From Rhodospirillaceae bacterium (GTDB taxonomy: Bacteria > Pseudomonadota > Alphaproteobacteria > MPNO01 > UBA2964), in NCBI GenBank assembly GCA_002720855.1, contig PBIN01000014.1, positions 777,619-841,618 on the forward strand: DNA of 64,000 nt, in the 5' to 3' direction. The notes beneath the pieces were generated by a model. That model made no database searches and was not told the DNA's origin. It worked only from the letters and a program-made list of their open reading frames with translations. Below, in pieces: positions 9,271 through 17,798 of this stretch. The position numbers were made by a program, and so were the translations under genes. How positions within the stretch are numbered: position 1 is the first letter of the stretch; the number at the start of each line of letters is the position of its first letter.

Positions 9271-11226
9271 CTATGCTGTTCTCCACGCATTGCCAAAATC
9301 TTCGGACAAAGCGGATATTGCGTCATCCCAGGACCGATCTGAGGACTGTCGGTAAACAGGTGTGTCGGGGAACCATGGAGAAAATTCCCCGCGATTCATC
9401 CATCGATATTCAGCAGGAAATGGCACAAGAACGCGGCATAATTTACCCAATCCAGCGCGGAGGTGTACGTTCGTATTGCTTACACAAACATACTCATTCA
9501 AGAGCTGTAACACGGCGAGCATCCCTTCGAGGTCGTCATTCAACGTTGTTAAATCATGGACGGGGTGTCCCAATACCGTTGAGAATTCATCAATTTCTCC
9601 CGGGGCGGGCGTTCTCTGAAGAGAGATAAAAGTGCCCTCAATACCGCTGAGTGCCCCGGCCAGTGCATTTTGCGGTACATCTTTAAAAAGAAAATTGCGG
9701 GTTTTGTTTCCAGCCCTCCAGGTAATGCCGACATATGGTGGTGGGCCAAACGATTTTAGTATTTCTGTGAATTTTGCCACAACATTAGGCCGAGCGGATA
9801 ACGAAATCGACGCTGGTATATCATCCTCTGTCACCATATTCGACAAATGCGGTAAATCGCCGATCGAAACGACATGGTCGAAATCACCGACTTCTATCGG
9901 TTGATCGTCTGTGATTACCCGGATGTCTGAAATATTTCGCTGAATGATTGAGGCGATTTTTGTTTGTGATTGATAGGTGATTTCTGGATTTCGGACTTTG
10001 AGGTTCTGTATAAAACGGAGAAAGAAAATTTCGTCACCTAAACCCTGATCAAATTTTAAAAAAACTTTTTTCCCAGTGAGGTCGTCAGGCAGACTTTCCT
10101 GCTCGAAGGGTAATTGAGATGCCCGAATTGAACCGCGGTGGCGATTGTCACGCCAACCTTCCGCGAATTGTCCGTTTGCCAAAAACAATAAAGCCCTATT
10201 GGCACGGGCTTCTTCCACGGCTAGGCCTTTCTCATCGGATTGGGACCATTGGTCGATTGCTTTGTTCCAAAAATATTCAGCCCGGCAGAAATCGCCGCGT
10301 GTTTGACAAATTCCCGCGAGATTTGAGGCGGCGTCTGAAAGCGTCGGGTCAATTTTATACGCGTTTTGAAATGCCTCCTCGGCTGCGTCGTCTTTTCGTT
10401 GAACTCTTAATGCCAACCCCAAAATGTTCCATCCGCGGGCTTCGTTTTTATCGAGCGCAAGACCGGCCCGTGCTGCTTGTTCTGCTGCAACGCCTTCCTC
10501 CATGGCTTGGAGAACTGTCGCTAATCCGAACTGTGCCGTCGCGTAACTGGCATCGATTGCGATTGCATTTTCGAAACTCTTCTTGGCAGCTATCAAATCG
10601 TTTTCCTCAAACAATAGATATCCAAGATTGACTTGAAAGACCGGTGATTGCGGCTCCAGTTCTGCTGCCATTCGGTGATGTTTGGCGGCTTCGTCATGGG
10701 CATTCGAGTCACTCAAGGCAAGAGCGAGACCGGAATGAGCGTCTGCACAATTAGGATCCTGATTTAGAGTTTCGCGATAGCACGCGATGGCTTTATTTTC
10801 CTGGCCGCAAGCACGTAAAGCATTTCCCAAATTGACGCGCGCATCGATATAGCCTGGCTGAATAGCGATTGCTTTTTGATAATATTTGATCGCTTCAGCA
10901 TCCCGTCCGACCGATCTCAGAGCTGCTCCCAAATTGTTATATACCAATTCAGTTTCAAGCCCGTTTGCGATGGCACGGGAAATCAGATCAATTGCCTCAT
11001 TCCCGCGGCCCACCTGATGGTGGATCACACCGAATAAATGGAGGGCATCCGGGTTTTCAGAATCCAGCTTGAGAATTTCTTCATATCCCGCCGCAGCGGC
11101 CTCCAGACGGCCTTGCTGGTGGGCTGCAACGGCCTCTTGGAGAAGGGGTCCAATGCGCTGCTGACTTTCGCTCGAATTGACGGCCTGCCCTTGCTTTTTT
11201 GCGGCGCGGCGTTCCTTGCGGTTCAA
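9271..11226 (-). CDS. TPR-repeat protein with a C-terminal GT-B/GT9-like glycosyltransferase domain (FlmG-like architecture)
   Basis: The N-terminal roughly 330 aa are multiple 34-residue TPR units (AIKYYQKAIAIQPGYIDARVNLGNAL...). The C-terminal roughly 300 aa (FLKFDQGLGDEIFFLRFIQNLKVRNPEITY...LVPFPAEYRWM) resemble heptosyltransferase-like GT-B domains. Confidence 0.5.
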   Translation of the reverse strand: MNRKERRAAKKQGQAVNSSESQQRIGPLLQEAVAAHQQGRLEAAAAGYEEILKLDSENPDALHLFGVIHHQVGRGNEAIDLISRAIANGLETELVYNNLGAALRSVGRDAEAIKYYQKAIAIQPGYIDARVNLGNALRACGQENKAIACYRETLNQDPNCADAHSGLALALSDSNAHDEAAKHHRMAAELEPQSPVFQVNLGYLLFEENDLIAAKKSFENAIAIDASYATAQFGLATVLQAMEEGVAAEQAARAGLALDKNEARGWNILGLALRVQRKDDAAEEAFQNAYKIDPTLSDAASNLAGICQTRGDFCRAEYFWNKAIDQWSQSDEKGLAVEEARANRALLFLANGQFAEGWRDNRHRGSIRASQLPFEQESLPDDLTGKKVFLKFDQGLGDEIFFLRFIQNLKVRNPEITYQSQTKIASIIQRNISDIRVITDDQPIEVGDFDHVVSIGDLPHLSNMVTEDDIPASISLSARPNVVAKFTEILKSFGPPPYVGITWRAGNKTRNFLFKDVPQNALAGALSGIEGTFISLQRTPAPGEIDEFSTVLGHPVHDLTTLNDDLEGMLAVLQLLNEYVCVSNTNVHLRAGLGKLCRVLVPFPAEYRWMNRGEFSPWFPDTPVYRQSSDRSWDDAISALSEDFGNAWRTA

Positions 11227-11275
11227 AAAATCACTCCGGAGCTTGAAAATCGAAATTAATAGTAAGGGGCAATTT

Positions 11276-11803
11276 ATGGTCTCACAACCGTTCAGACTTG
11301 ACGCGTTCGGTCGGGAACATCATCGTTCCGAAATGACTGCAACCGCACCGCCACAGGCTCAAAAATATATGGAAATCGCGCTCGCCGAAGCGTCGGAAGC
11401 AGCTCTCAGGGATGAAGTCCCTGTTGGCGCTGTCATCGTTGATAGTCATACCCGCGAAGTACTGGCGACCGCAGGTAATCGAACGGAAGAGCTTAAGGAC
11501 GCAACCGCACATGCGGAAATGCTGGTTCTACGGGCGGCGGCAAACACTTATGGCGGAACGCGTCTCGTCGATTGCGATTTATATGTGACGCTAGAGCCCT
11601 GTGCGATGTGCGCGGCAGCGATCTCAATGGCGCGCATTCGCCGGTTGTATTTTGGAGCATCAGATCCCAAAAGTGGTGGTGTAGAAAATGGACCCCGCTT
11701 TTTTACCCAACCGACATGCCATCATAAACCAGACGTTTATGGCGGTATTGATGAATTGAGATCACGCCGCATGCTGCAGGAGTTCTTCGAAGCTAGGCGC
11801 TAG
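11276..11803 (+). CDS. tadA: tRNA adenosine(34) deaminase TadA
   Basis: CDA zinc motifs HAEMLVLR and TLEPCAMCAAAI. RBS AAGGGG lies upstream of the ATG at 11276. The catalytic domain may start at a later Met (11333 or 11369). Confidence 0.85.
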   Translation: MVSQPFRLDAFGREHHRSEMTATAPPQAQKYMEIALAEASEAALRDEVPVGAVIVDSHTREVLATAGNRTEELKDATAHAEMLVLRAAANTYGGTRLVDCDLYVTLEPCAMCAAAISMARIRRLYFGASDPKSGGVENGPRFFTQPTCHHKPDVYGGIDELRSRRMLQEFFEARR

Positions 11804-11850
11804 CCAGCGACGCGCTATAGGAGGGGTATAGACAATCTATTTCAAAGGTA

Positions 11851-13755
11851 ATGGCAGAAACCTCTATTGAAGCGATCCCAAAGCAGAAGTCCACACAACT
11901 GGTGCCTACCCAGCTTGTTCGTATAGTTTTTATTGCATGTTTTATTGCCATTAGCGCTGTCGTCTTGTGGCAGACATATTACTGGTCGCAAAAGATTGGA
12001 CTTGAAGAAATTCGTGAGCGTAACGATCACACACTCAATCTAATCGTAACCAATCTTCAGGGGGAACTCTCCCAATTCCAGTATCAACCCGCATTGCTGG
12101 CAAACAGTAAATTATTTCAGTCAGTTCTCCTGGATCCCGCCTCTGGTCCTACTCTTAACGGACTGAATCGTGAGTTGGAACGTGTCAATTTTTTGTCGGG
12201 CGCACTCGAAACATTTCTCGTAAACAAGGCGGGAATAGTTGTTGCCTCCAGCAACTGGGCTGCAGATCGTTCTCTGGTTGGAACGTTCGTTGGAGCAAAA
12301 CCATATTTCCAGACCGCAATGCACGGGGGATTGGGCCGATATCACGCGATATCAGGACCGCCCGACGCAGGGGAAATGAGCTATTTCTTTGCGCATCCCA
12401 TCAGGTCCTCAAACCGTCAAATAGGTGTTGTTGTTATCAGACTGCGATTGGGAAGCCTTGAAGAAAGATGGCTTGCGCCCGACCACGAAACCCTCGTTCT
12501 TGATGAAGCTGGCATAGTTTTTATGAGTACGCGATCTGACTGGCGGTTTAGATCGACAGCGTCCCTGAACGACGAAATTTTGTCAGGTCTGAAGAGATTG
12601 CACCAATATGGTGACCAAACATTTCCACCGCTCAATATTTCGCAATCGGTAGGTGGTAACATTATTGAGATAACCCAAAGCCAACCCCCGAACAGTCAGA
12701 ATTCTTCGTCAGAAAGAACCACCCGGTATCTTCTTCAACAAAAGAAAATGACGACGGCGGGGTGGCGAGTTCTGATTTTAGCAAAGTTGGACAGCGCCAC
12801 CCTTCAAACTAATATTTCTCTGATTGTTGTTAGTTTTATGCTGGTCAGCGCCCTGTTACTTTTTGCTGTGCTCTATCAAAGGCGATTGCGCCTGCAGGAA
12901 CGTATATCGCTTCAGGAGGCCGCGCAGGCGAACCTTGAGCATCAGGTTGAACAACGGACAGAGGCCCTGACCGATGCGAACCTGCAGCTGCGAAACGAAA
13001 TATTTGAACGACACCGTGCCGAGGCGGAACTTCATAAAACGCAAGCCGAGTTGGTTCAATCCGCGAAACTGGCCGCGCTTGGCTAAATGTCCGTTGGTCT
13101 GAGTCACGAGTAAAACCAGCCGCTTGCGGCGATACGGTCTTACTCCGATAACGCGAGAACATTTTTGGATCGCAAACAGCCAGAGTCGGTAAATTCGAAT
13201 CTCGAGGGCATCTCCGAGTTAACAGAACGGATGGCGCACATCATTCGCAACCTACGGACATACGCGCGGGGTGAGCCGGTAGAAGCGCGGCCAACATCGC
13301 TTCGTGTGGCTATTGAAGAAGCCCTAAATTTGCTGGAAGTTCGATTTAGGGAAGAGGCGGTTGAGCTTGATGCAAAATTGCCGGACAAGAGCATCGAAGT
13401 AGTTGGCGGAACCGTTCGATTGCAACAGGTTTTTGTAAATCTGATTTCCAACGGCATTGACGCGATGCAGGGTTGCACACAACGGCAATTGAGTATCTCA
13501 GTAGACGACAGTGAAGATAAGGTATTCGTAAAAATTTCCGATACAGGGCCGGGCATCAATGAGGAGGATCGGGCCAATATATTCGATCCATTTTTTTCGA
13601 CAAAAAAAGTGGGCGAGGGAACCGGTCTGGGATTGTCAATTTCTTACGGTATTATCAATCAGTTCGGCGGCCAGATAGAGACCCACAATAAGGAAGCCGG
13701 CGGTGCAGTATTCACCGTCACGCTTCAGCGGGCGGGGAAAAAGAAAGCAAATTGA
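11851..13755 (+). pseudogene. dctB: DctB-type C4-dicarboxylate sensor histidine kinase, interrupted by two in-frame TAA codons (13084-13086 and 13111-13113) within the H-box
   Basis: One frame carries a periplasmic double-Cache sensor, a TM segment, a coiled coil and HisKA, then an intact HATPase_c (N, G1, G2 boxes). The H-box reads [35 protein letters not shown], against the canonical LAALGQMSAG(L/I)SHELNQPLAAI. Confidence 0.8.
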
Positions 13756-13757
13756 CC

Positions 13758-15119
13758 ATGGCGGCAAATGTCATTTTTGTTGACGACGAGCAACATCTCA
13801 GAACGGCCTGTAGCCAGGCGTTAGAGCTTGCCGGTTTTGCCGTGATGAGTTTTGAATCATCAAACGGCGTGCTCGAAGAAATCAGCCCCGACTGGGATGG
13901 AGTTCTCGTTTCAGATATTCGAATGGCCGAGACAAATGGCCTCGAGCTGATGGCGTCGGCGTTGAAGATAGATTCCGATTTACCCATCATTCTGATTACC
14001 GGACATGGCGACGTGCCGATGGCCGTCAATGCAATGCGTGATGGCGCTTACGATTTTATTGAGAAGCCGTTTTCCTCGGATGTTCTCGTGGATGCTGTTC
14101 GGCGTGGTCTCGACAAAAGGCGGCTCGTCCTTGAGAACCGACAACTTCGCGAAGCGTTGACCAAAGGCAGCAGGTTGGAGAATAGGCTTGTCGGGCAGTC
14201 ACCGAGCGCCATCAAGTTACGAGACGAGATTACCCAATTCGCGGGAACCGACGCTGATGTCCTTGTTGTTGGTGAAACAGGAACGGGCAGAGAGCAGGTC
14301 GCACAGGCACTCCATGAGTTTAGTGATCGTGCGAAACAACGATTCGTTCCGGTAAATTGCGGAGCATTGCCGGCAACCATCATTGAAAGCGAGTTATTCG
14401 GGCATGAAAAAGGTGCCTTTACAGGTGCTGATCAAAAGAGAATTGGAAAGTTTGAATACGCAGACGGCGGCACTGTTTTCCTCGATGAGATTGAGAGCAT
14501 GCCGCTTGATTTACAGGTGCGCCTGCTACGGGTTCTTGAACAACGTAAGATTGTGCATCTTGGGTCCAACACCGAAATACCATTCAATGTCCGAATAATC
14601 GCCGCGACCAAAGCGGATCTTCGAGACGCTGTCAGTGCAGGTACTTTTCGCGACGATCTTTATTATCGGCTCAACGTTTTAACAATATCCATTCCACCCC
14701 TTCGCGATCGACTGGATGATGTACCGTTGTTGGTGACGCACTTTATTGATCAGGAAGCTATTCAGTTCGACCGGGCGGCCGATGAAATTCCGCAACCCGA
14801 TTTAGGGTTGCTTTCCAATTACGATTGGCCAGGCAATGTCAGGGAGCTGCGCAATTGTGTGCGCCGACACGTATTGGGTCAGCCTGTCGATTTGGGCACG
14901 GCTGCACAGGGCAGCAATTCAAAAGAGGTAGTCGGTCAATCTCTCGCCGTCCAATTGGCGACGTTCGAGAAAAGAATTTTGCAGGAAACATTAGGACGGC
15001 ACGATGGTCGATTGAAATCGACCTATGAAGAACTCGGAATTTCCCGAAAGACACTTTACGACAAGTTGAAAAAATTTAACCTTGGAAACTCTTCGACCGA
15101 AAATATCGACGAAGAATAG
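13758..15119 (+). CDS. dctD: Sigma54-dependent response regulator DctD (NtrC family) with an atypical Walker A (GETGTGRE)
   Basis: REC domain (DDE...SDIRM...ITGHGD...EKPF), then an AAA+ sigma54-activator domain with GAFTGA, Walker B and Arg fingers, then a C-terminal HTH. The start is the ATG at 13758; the track uses the TTG at 13752, which overlaps the dctB stop. Confidence 0.85.
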   Translation: MAANVIFVDDEQHLRTACSQALELAGFAVMSFESSNGVLEEISPDWDGVLVSDIRMAETNGLELMASALKIDSDLPIILITGHGDVPMAVNAMRDGAYDFIEKPFSSDVLVDAVRRGLDKRRLVLENRQLREALTKGSRLENRLVGQSPSAIKLRDEITQFAGTDADVLVVGETGTGREQVAQALHEFSDRAKQRFVPVNCGALPATIIESELFGHEKGAFTGADQKRIGKFEYADGGTVFLDEIESMPLDLQVRLLRVLEQRKIVHLGSNTEIPFNVRIIAATKADLRDAVSAGTFRDDLYYRLNVLTISIPPLRDRLDDVPLLVTHFIDQEAIQFDRAADEIPQPDLGLLSNYDWPGNVRELRNCVRRHVLGQPVDLGTAAQGSNSKEVVGQSLAVQLATFEKRILQETLGRHDGRLKSTYEELGISRKTLYDKLKKFNLGNSSTENIDEE

Positions 15120-15125
15120 ATAAGT

Positions 15126-15722
15126 TCAGCTCAATACGTGCGGTATCAGCGTCGGGCCGTCATTGAGTCTTACGTCACCCGTTTCCAGGTCGTAGGTTCG
15201 TTGTTTAAAGGTACCGGCTTTTTGAGCACGAACGATGAATGCCATACTGTTTTCCGGTCCGCCATGTTCCTGATGGATAGCGCCCGGCGGGACCGCATCT
15301 ACGTCACCAGGTCCGATATCATGACAGCTGACTTGCTCTATCTGGGCAGGTCCTTCGTTACGAGGGGCATCATCAGTTCTTTTATATCTGTACATGGTCT
15401 CGTGACCCTCGATGAGCCCATAAAGCGTCCAAACATCGCCATGGTCGTGAACGCTGGTAACCGACTTCGCTTTGCGAACAGTTGCATTAAAGACAAATCC
15501 GTAATCTGGATCCTCGTAAAACAGCAGGTTCTTTACCTTTGGCGCGCCTTCCACAGTTAGCGGCCAGGTTTTGGAGCTTTCGATCAATTGTGGATCGGCC
15601 AGAAGCGGACCCATAGTAACCCGGATTTCCGCCCACAACTTGTCTGCTTCCAGATTTTGCGCGTATAGCGCCCTGATTCTATCGACAAATTTACGCGCGG
15701 CGGGAAGCGGTGGTTTTTCCAT
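15126..15722 (-). CDS. Cupin-fold protein, cysteine dioxygenase type I-like (thiol dioxygenase family)
   Basis: SVHDHGDVWTLYGLIEGHE resembles the CDO metal-binding H-x-H cupin motif 1. 198 aa. Confidence 0.45.
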   Translation of the reverse strand: MEKPPLPAARKFVDRIRALYAQNLEADKLWAEIRVTMGPLLADPQLIESSKTWPLTVEGAPKVKNLLFYEDPDYGFVFNATVRKAKSVTSVHDHGDVWTLYGLIEGHETMYRYKRTDDAPRNEGPAQIEQVSCHDIGPGDVDAVPPGAIHQEHGGPENSMAFIVRAQKAGTFKQRTYDLETGDVRLNDGPTLIPHVLS

Positions 15723-15938
15723 TAATCTAACTCCCTATACCAGCACCTATCATTGCAATTTTGATGGCATCTATCCAGTCAGGAATATCCTGAACATGTG
15801 TCAGCAAATCCACATTACATCGCGGTGATGTGTTGGCAACTACCCAATTCATTAATCGTGAGGGCCATTTAGCTGTTCCTTTGATTTTAACCTTTTGATT
15901 AACAACAATAAAATTTGTCCCTTGTTTGAAGCTGTTCT

Positions 15939-15954
15939 TGGCACAGTTTTTGCA
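15939..15954 (+). promoter_or_regulatory. Sigma54 (RpoN) -24/-12 promoter for dctPQM
   Basis: TGGCAC-agttt-TTGCA is an exact match to the TGGCAC-N5-TTGCW consensus. It lies 78 nt upstream of the dctP ATG. Confidence 0.8.
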
Positions 15955-16031
15955 AATTTTGATGCGCCACAAACAATTGGATCGTTCCACGATCGATACA
16001 AAGGGCAATTCAACGATAGGAAGGGCTACCC

Positions 16032-17036
16032 ATGAATAAAATCATTTTGAGCGCTGCCGCTTTAGCAGCGGTAACAAGTTTTTTGACCGCCGCATACGCG
16101 AAATGCGATGCAGGCGAAATCGTAATTAAATTCAGTCACGTCACAAACACTGACCGACATCCGAAGGGCATTGCCGCAACATTGCTCTCCAAACGCGTCA
16201 ACGCGGAAATGAATGGCAAGGCTTGTATGAAGGTCTATCCTAATTCGAGCCTCTACAACGATAACAAGGTTCTCGAGGCCATGTTACAGGGTGACGTACA
16301 ATTGGCGGCGCCCTCCTTGTCCAAGTTCGAAAAGTTTACCAAGAAGTTCCGGATTTTCGATTTGCCGTTCATGTTTCAGGACATCAATGCAGTTGATCGT
16401 TTCCAGAATTCTAAGGCCGGGCAGGCACTCAAGAACTCTATGAAGCGTCGTGGCCTGCAGGGACTGGCTTTCTGGCACAATGGCATGAAGCAGATGTCGG
16501 CGAGTAAGCCGCTTATTAAGCCTTCCGATGCAAAGGGGCTTAAATTCCGTGTACAGCCGTCGGAAGTACTGGTCTCCCAATTCAAACAATTGGGTGCCAA
16601 TCCGCAAAAGATGGCGTTTAAGGAAGTCTATGGTGCATTGCAAACCAAGGTCGTCGATGGACAGGAAAACACCTGGTCAAATATCTACGGCAAAAAATTC
16701 TTCGAAGTTCAGAACGGTGTTACCGAAACCAATCACGGCATTATTGACTATCTGGTGGTCACTTCCGTCGATTGGATGAAGGGTTTGCCTAAGAATGTTC
16801 GGAGCCAATTCACCAAAATTCTGACGGAAGTTACGGTGTTGCGTAACAAGGAAGCTTTTAACGTGAACCAGGCCAACAAGAAAAAGATCTTAGCGTCCGG
16901 CGGAAAGGTCCGTACTCTTACGGCTGCACAGCGCGCTGCCTGGGTTAAAGCGTTGCGGCCTGTCTGGAATAAGTTTGAGGGTGATGTTGGCGCCGATATG
17001 ATTAAGGCGGCGCAAAACGCAAACGCGGGAAGCTAA
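16032..17036 (+). CDS. dctP: TRAP transporter substrate-binding protein DctP (C4-dicarboxylate binding)
   Basis: Signal peptide plus DctP-family core (IKFSHVTNTDRHPKG...FWHNGMKQM...). 334 aa. Confidence 0.9.
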   Translation: MNKIILSAAALAAVTSFLTAAYAKCDAGEIVIKFSHVTNTDRHPKGIAATLLSKRVNAEMNGKACMKVYPNSSLYNDNKVLEAMLQGDVQLAAPSLSKFEKFTKKFRIFDLPFMFQDINAVDRFQNSKAGQALKNSMKRRGLQGLAFWHNGMKQMSASKPLIKPSDAKGLKFRVQPSEVLVSQFKQLGANPQKMAFKEVYGALQTKVVDGQENTWSNIYGKKFFEVQNGVTETNHGIIDYLVVTSVDWMKGLPKNVRSQFTKILTEVTVLRNKEAFNVNQANKKKILASGGKVRTLTAAQRAAWVKALRPVWNKFEGDVGADMIKAAQNANAGS

Positions 17037-17144
17037 TCAGACACCGGGGTTTAAGGCGTCTATAATGATGCGGTCGGCTTTTGCCGGCCGCATTTTCCCT
17101 ACAAAAAGCCGTATAAGCGGATAGTTGGGAACAGGAAGGTTTGC

Positions 17145-17798
17145 ATGACGGAACAATCGTCACCGGACGGAGGATGGGCTGATCGGATTGAGGAAACGCT
17201 GATCGCCGTATTTTTAGGGTTAATGACCCTTATTACATTTGCCAACGTCGTCGCACGCTACGTTTTTAATGACAATATCTTGTGGGCTCTTGAGGCCACG
17301 GTATTTCTGTTCGCCTGGATGGTTTTGCTTGGCGCTTGTTATGGCGTCAAAAAATCACTGCATCTCGGTGTCGATATTGTCGTCGCGAAGTTATCGCCCT
17401 CCGGAAAGAGACTAATGGGAATATGCGCGGCTGCCGCCTGTTTGCTTTTCGCTGTGCTTTTGCTCAAAGGTGGCTGGGACTACTGGTACCCATTTGTCAC
17501 CAAACGGGCATTTCTGGAAACCAATGACGTTCCGATGCCGGAATTTCTCCAGTTTATCGCGATCTGGATGAATGAGGGCGAGAAGTACGAAAAAATTCCA
17601 CGATTTATTCCATATGCCGTTTTGCCCTTGAGTCTCGCGCTGATGACCTGGCGTTTCGGTCAGGCGGGCTGGCAAATTTGGCGGGGAGAGCGGACGCTCC
17701 TCATCGCGTCTCACGAGGCGGAAGAAATGATGCAGGAGTTCGAAGAAGAGCGCGCTGGTGGATCCGAAAAGGATCGTGTTCAAAGGAGCGATTGTTAG
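17145..17798 (+). CDS. dctQ: TRAP transporter small permease DctQ
   Basis: Four predicted TM segments. It sits between dctP and dctM and overlaps dctM at a TAG/ATG junction. Confidence 0.8.
   Translation: MTEQSSPDGGWADRIEETLIAVFLGLMTLITFANVVARYVFNDNILWALEATVFLFAWMVLLGACYGVKKSLHLGVDIVVAKLSPSGKRLMGICAAAACLLFAVLLLKGGWDYWYPFVTKRAFLETNDVPMPEFLQFIAIWMNEGEKYEKIPRFIPYAVLPLSLALMTWRFGQAGWQIWRGERTLLIASHEAEEMMQEFEEERAGGSEKDRVQRSDC

Noticed and set aside
10119-10631. 170-aa plus-strand ORF inside the TPR gene
   Set aside because: It is antisense to the TPR/GT-B fusion gene, which has clear repeat structure. It has no RBS or conservation signal.
15727-16008. 93-aa minus-strand ORF between the cupin gene and dctP
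   Set aside because: It covers the dctP promoter region including the exact sigma54 -24/-12 element. Its composition is low-complexity and AT-rich. This is more likely regulatory DNA than coding.
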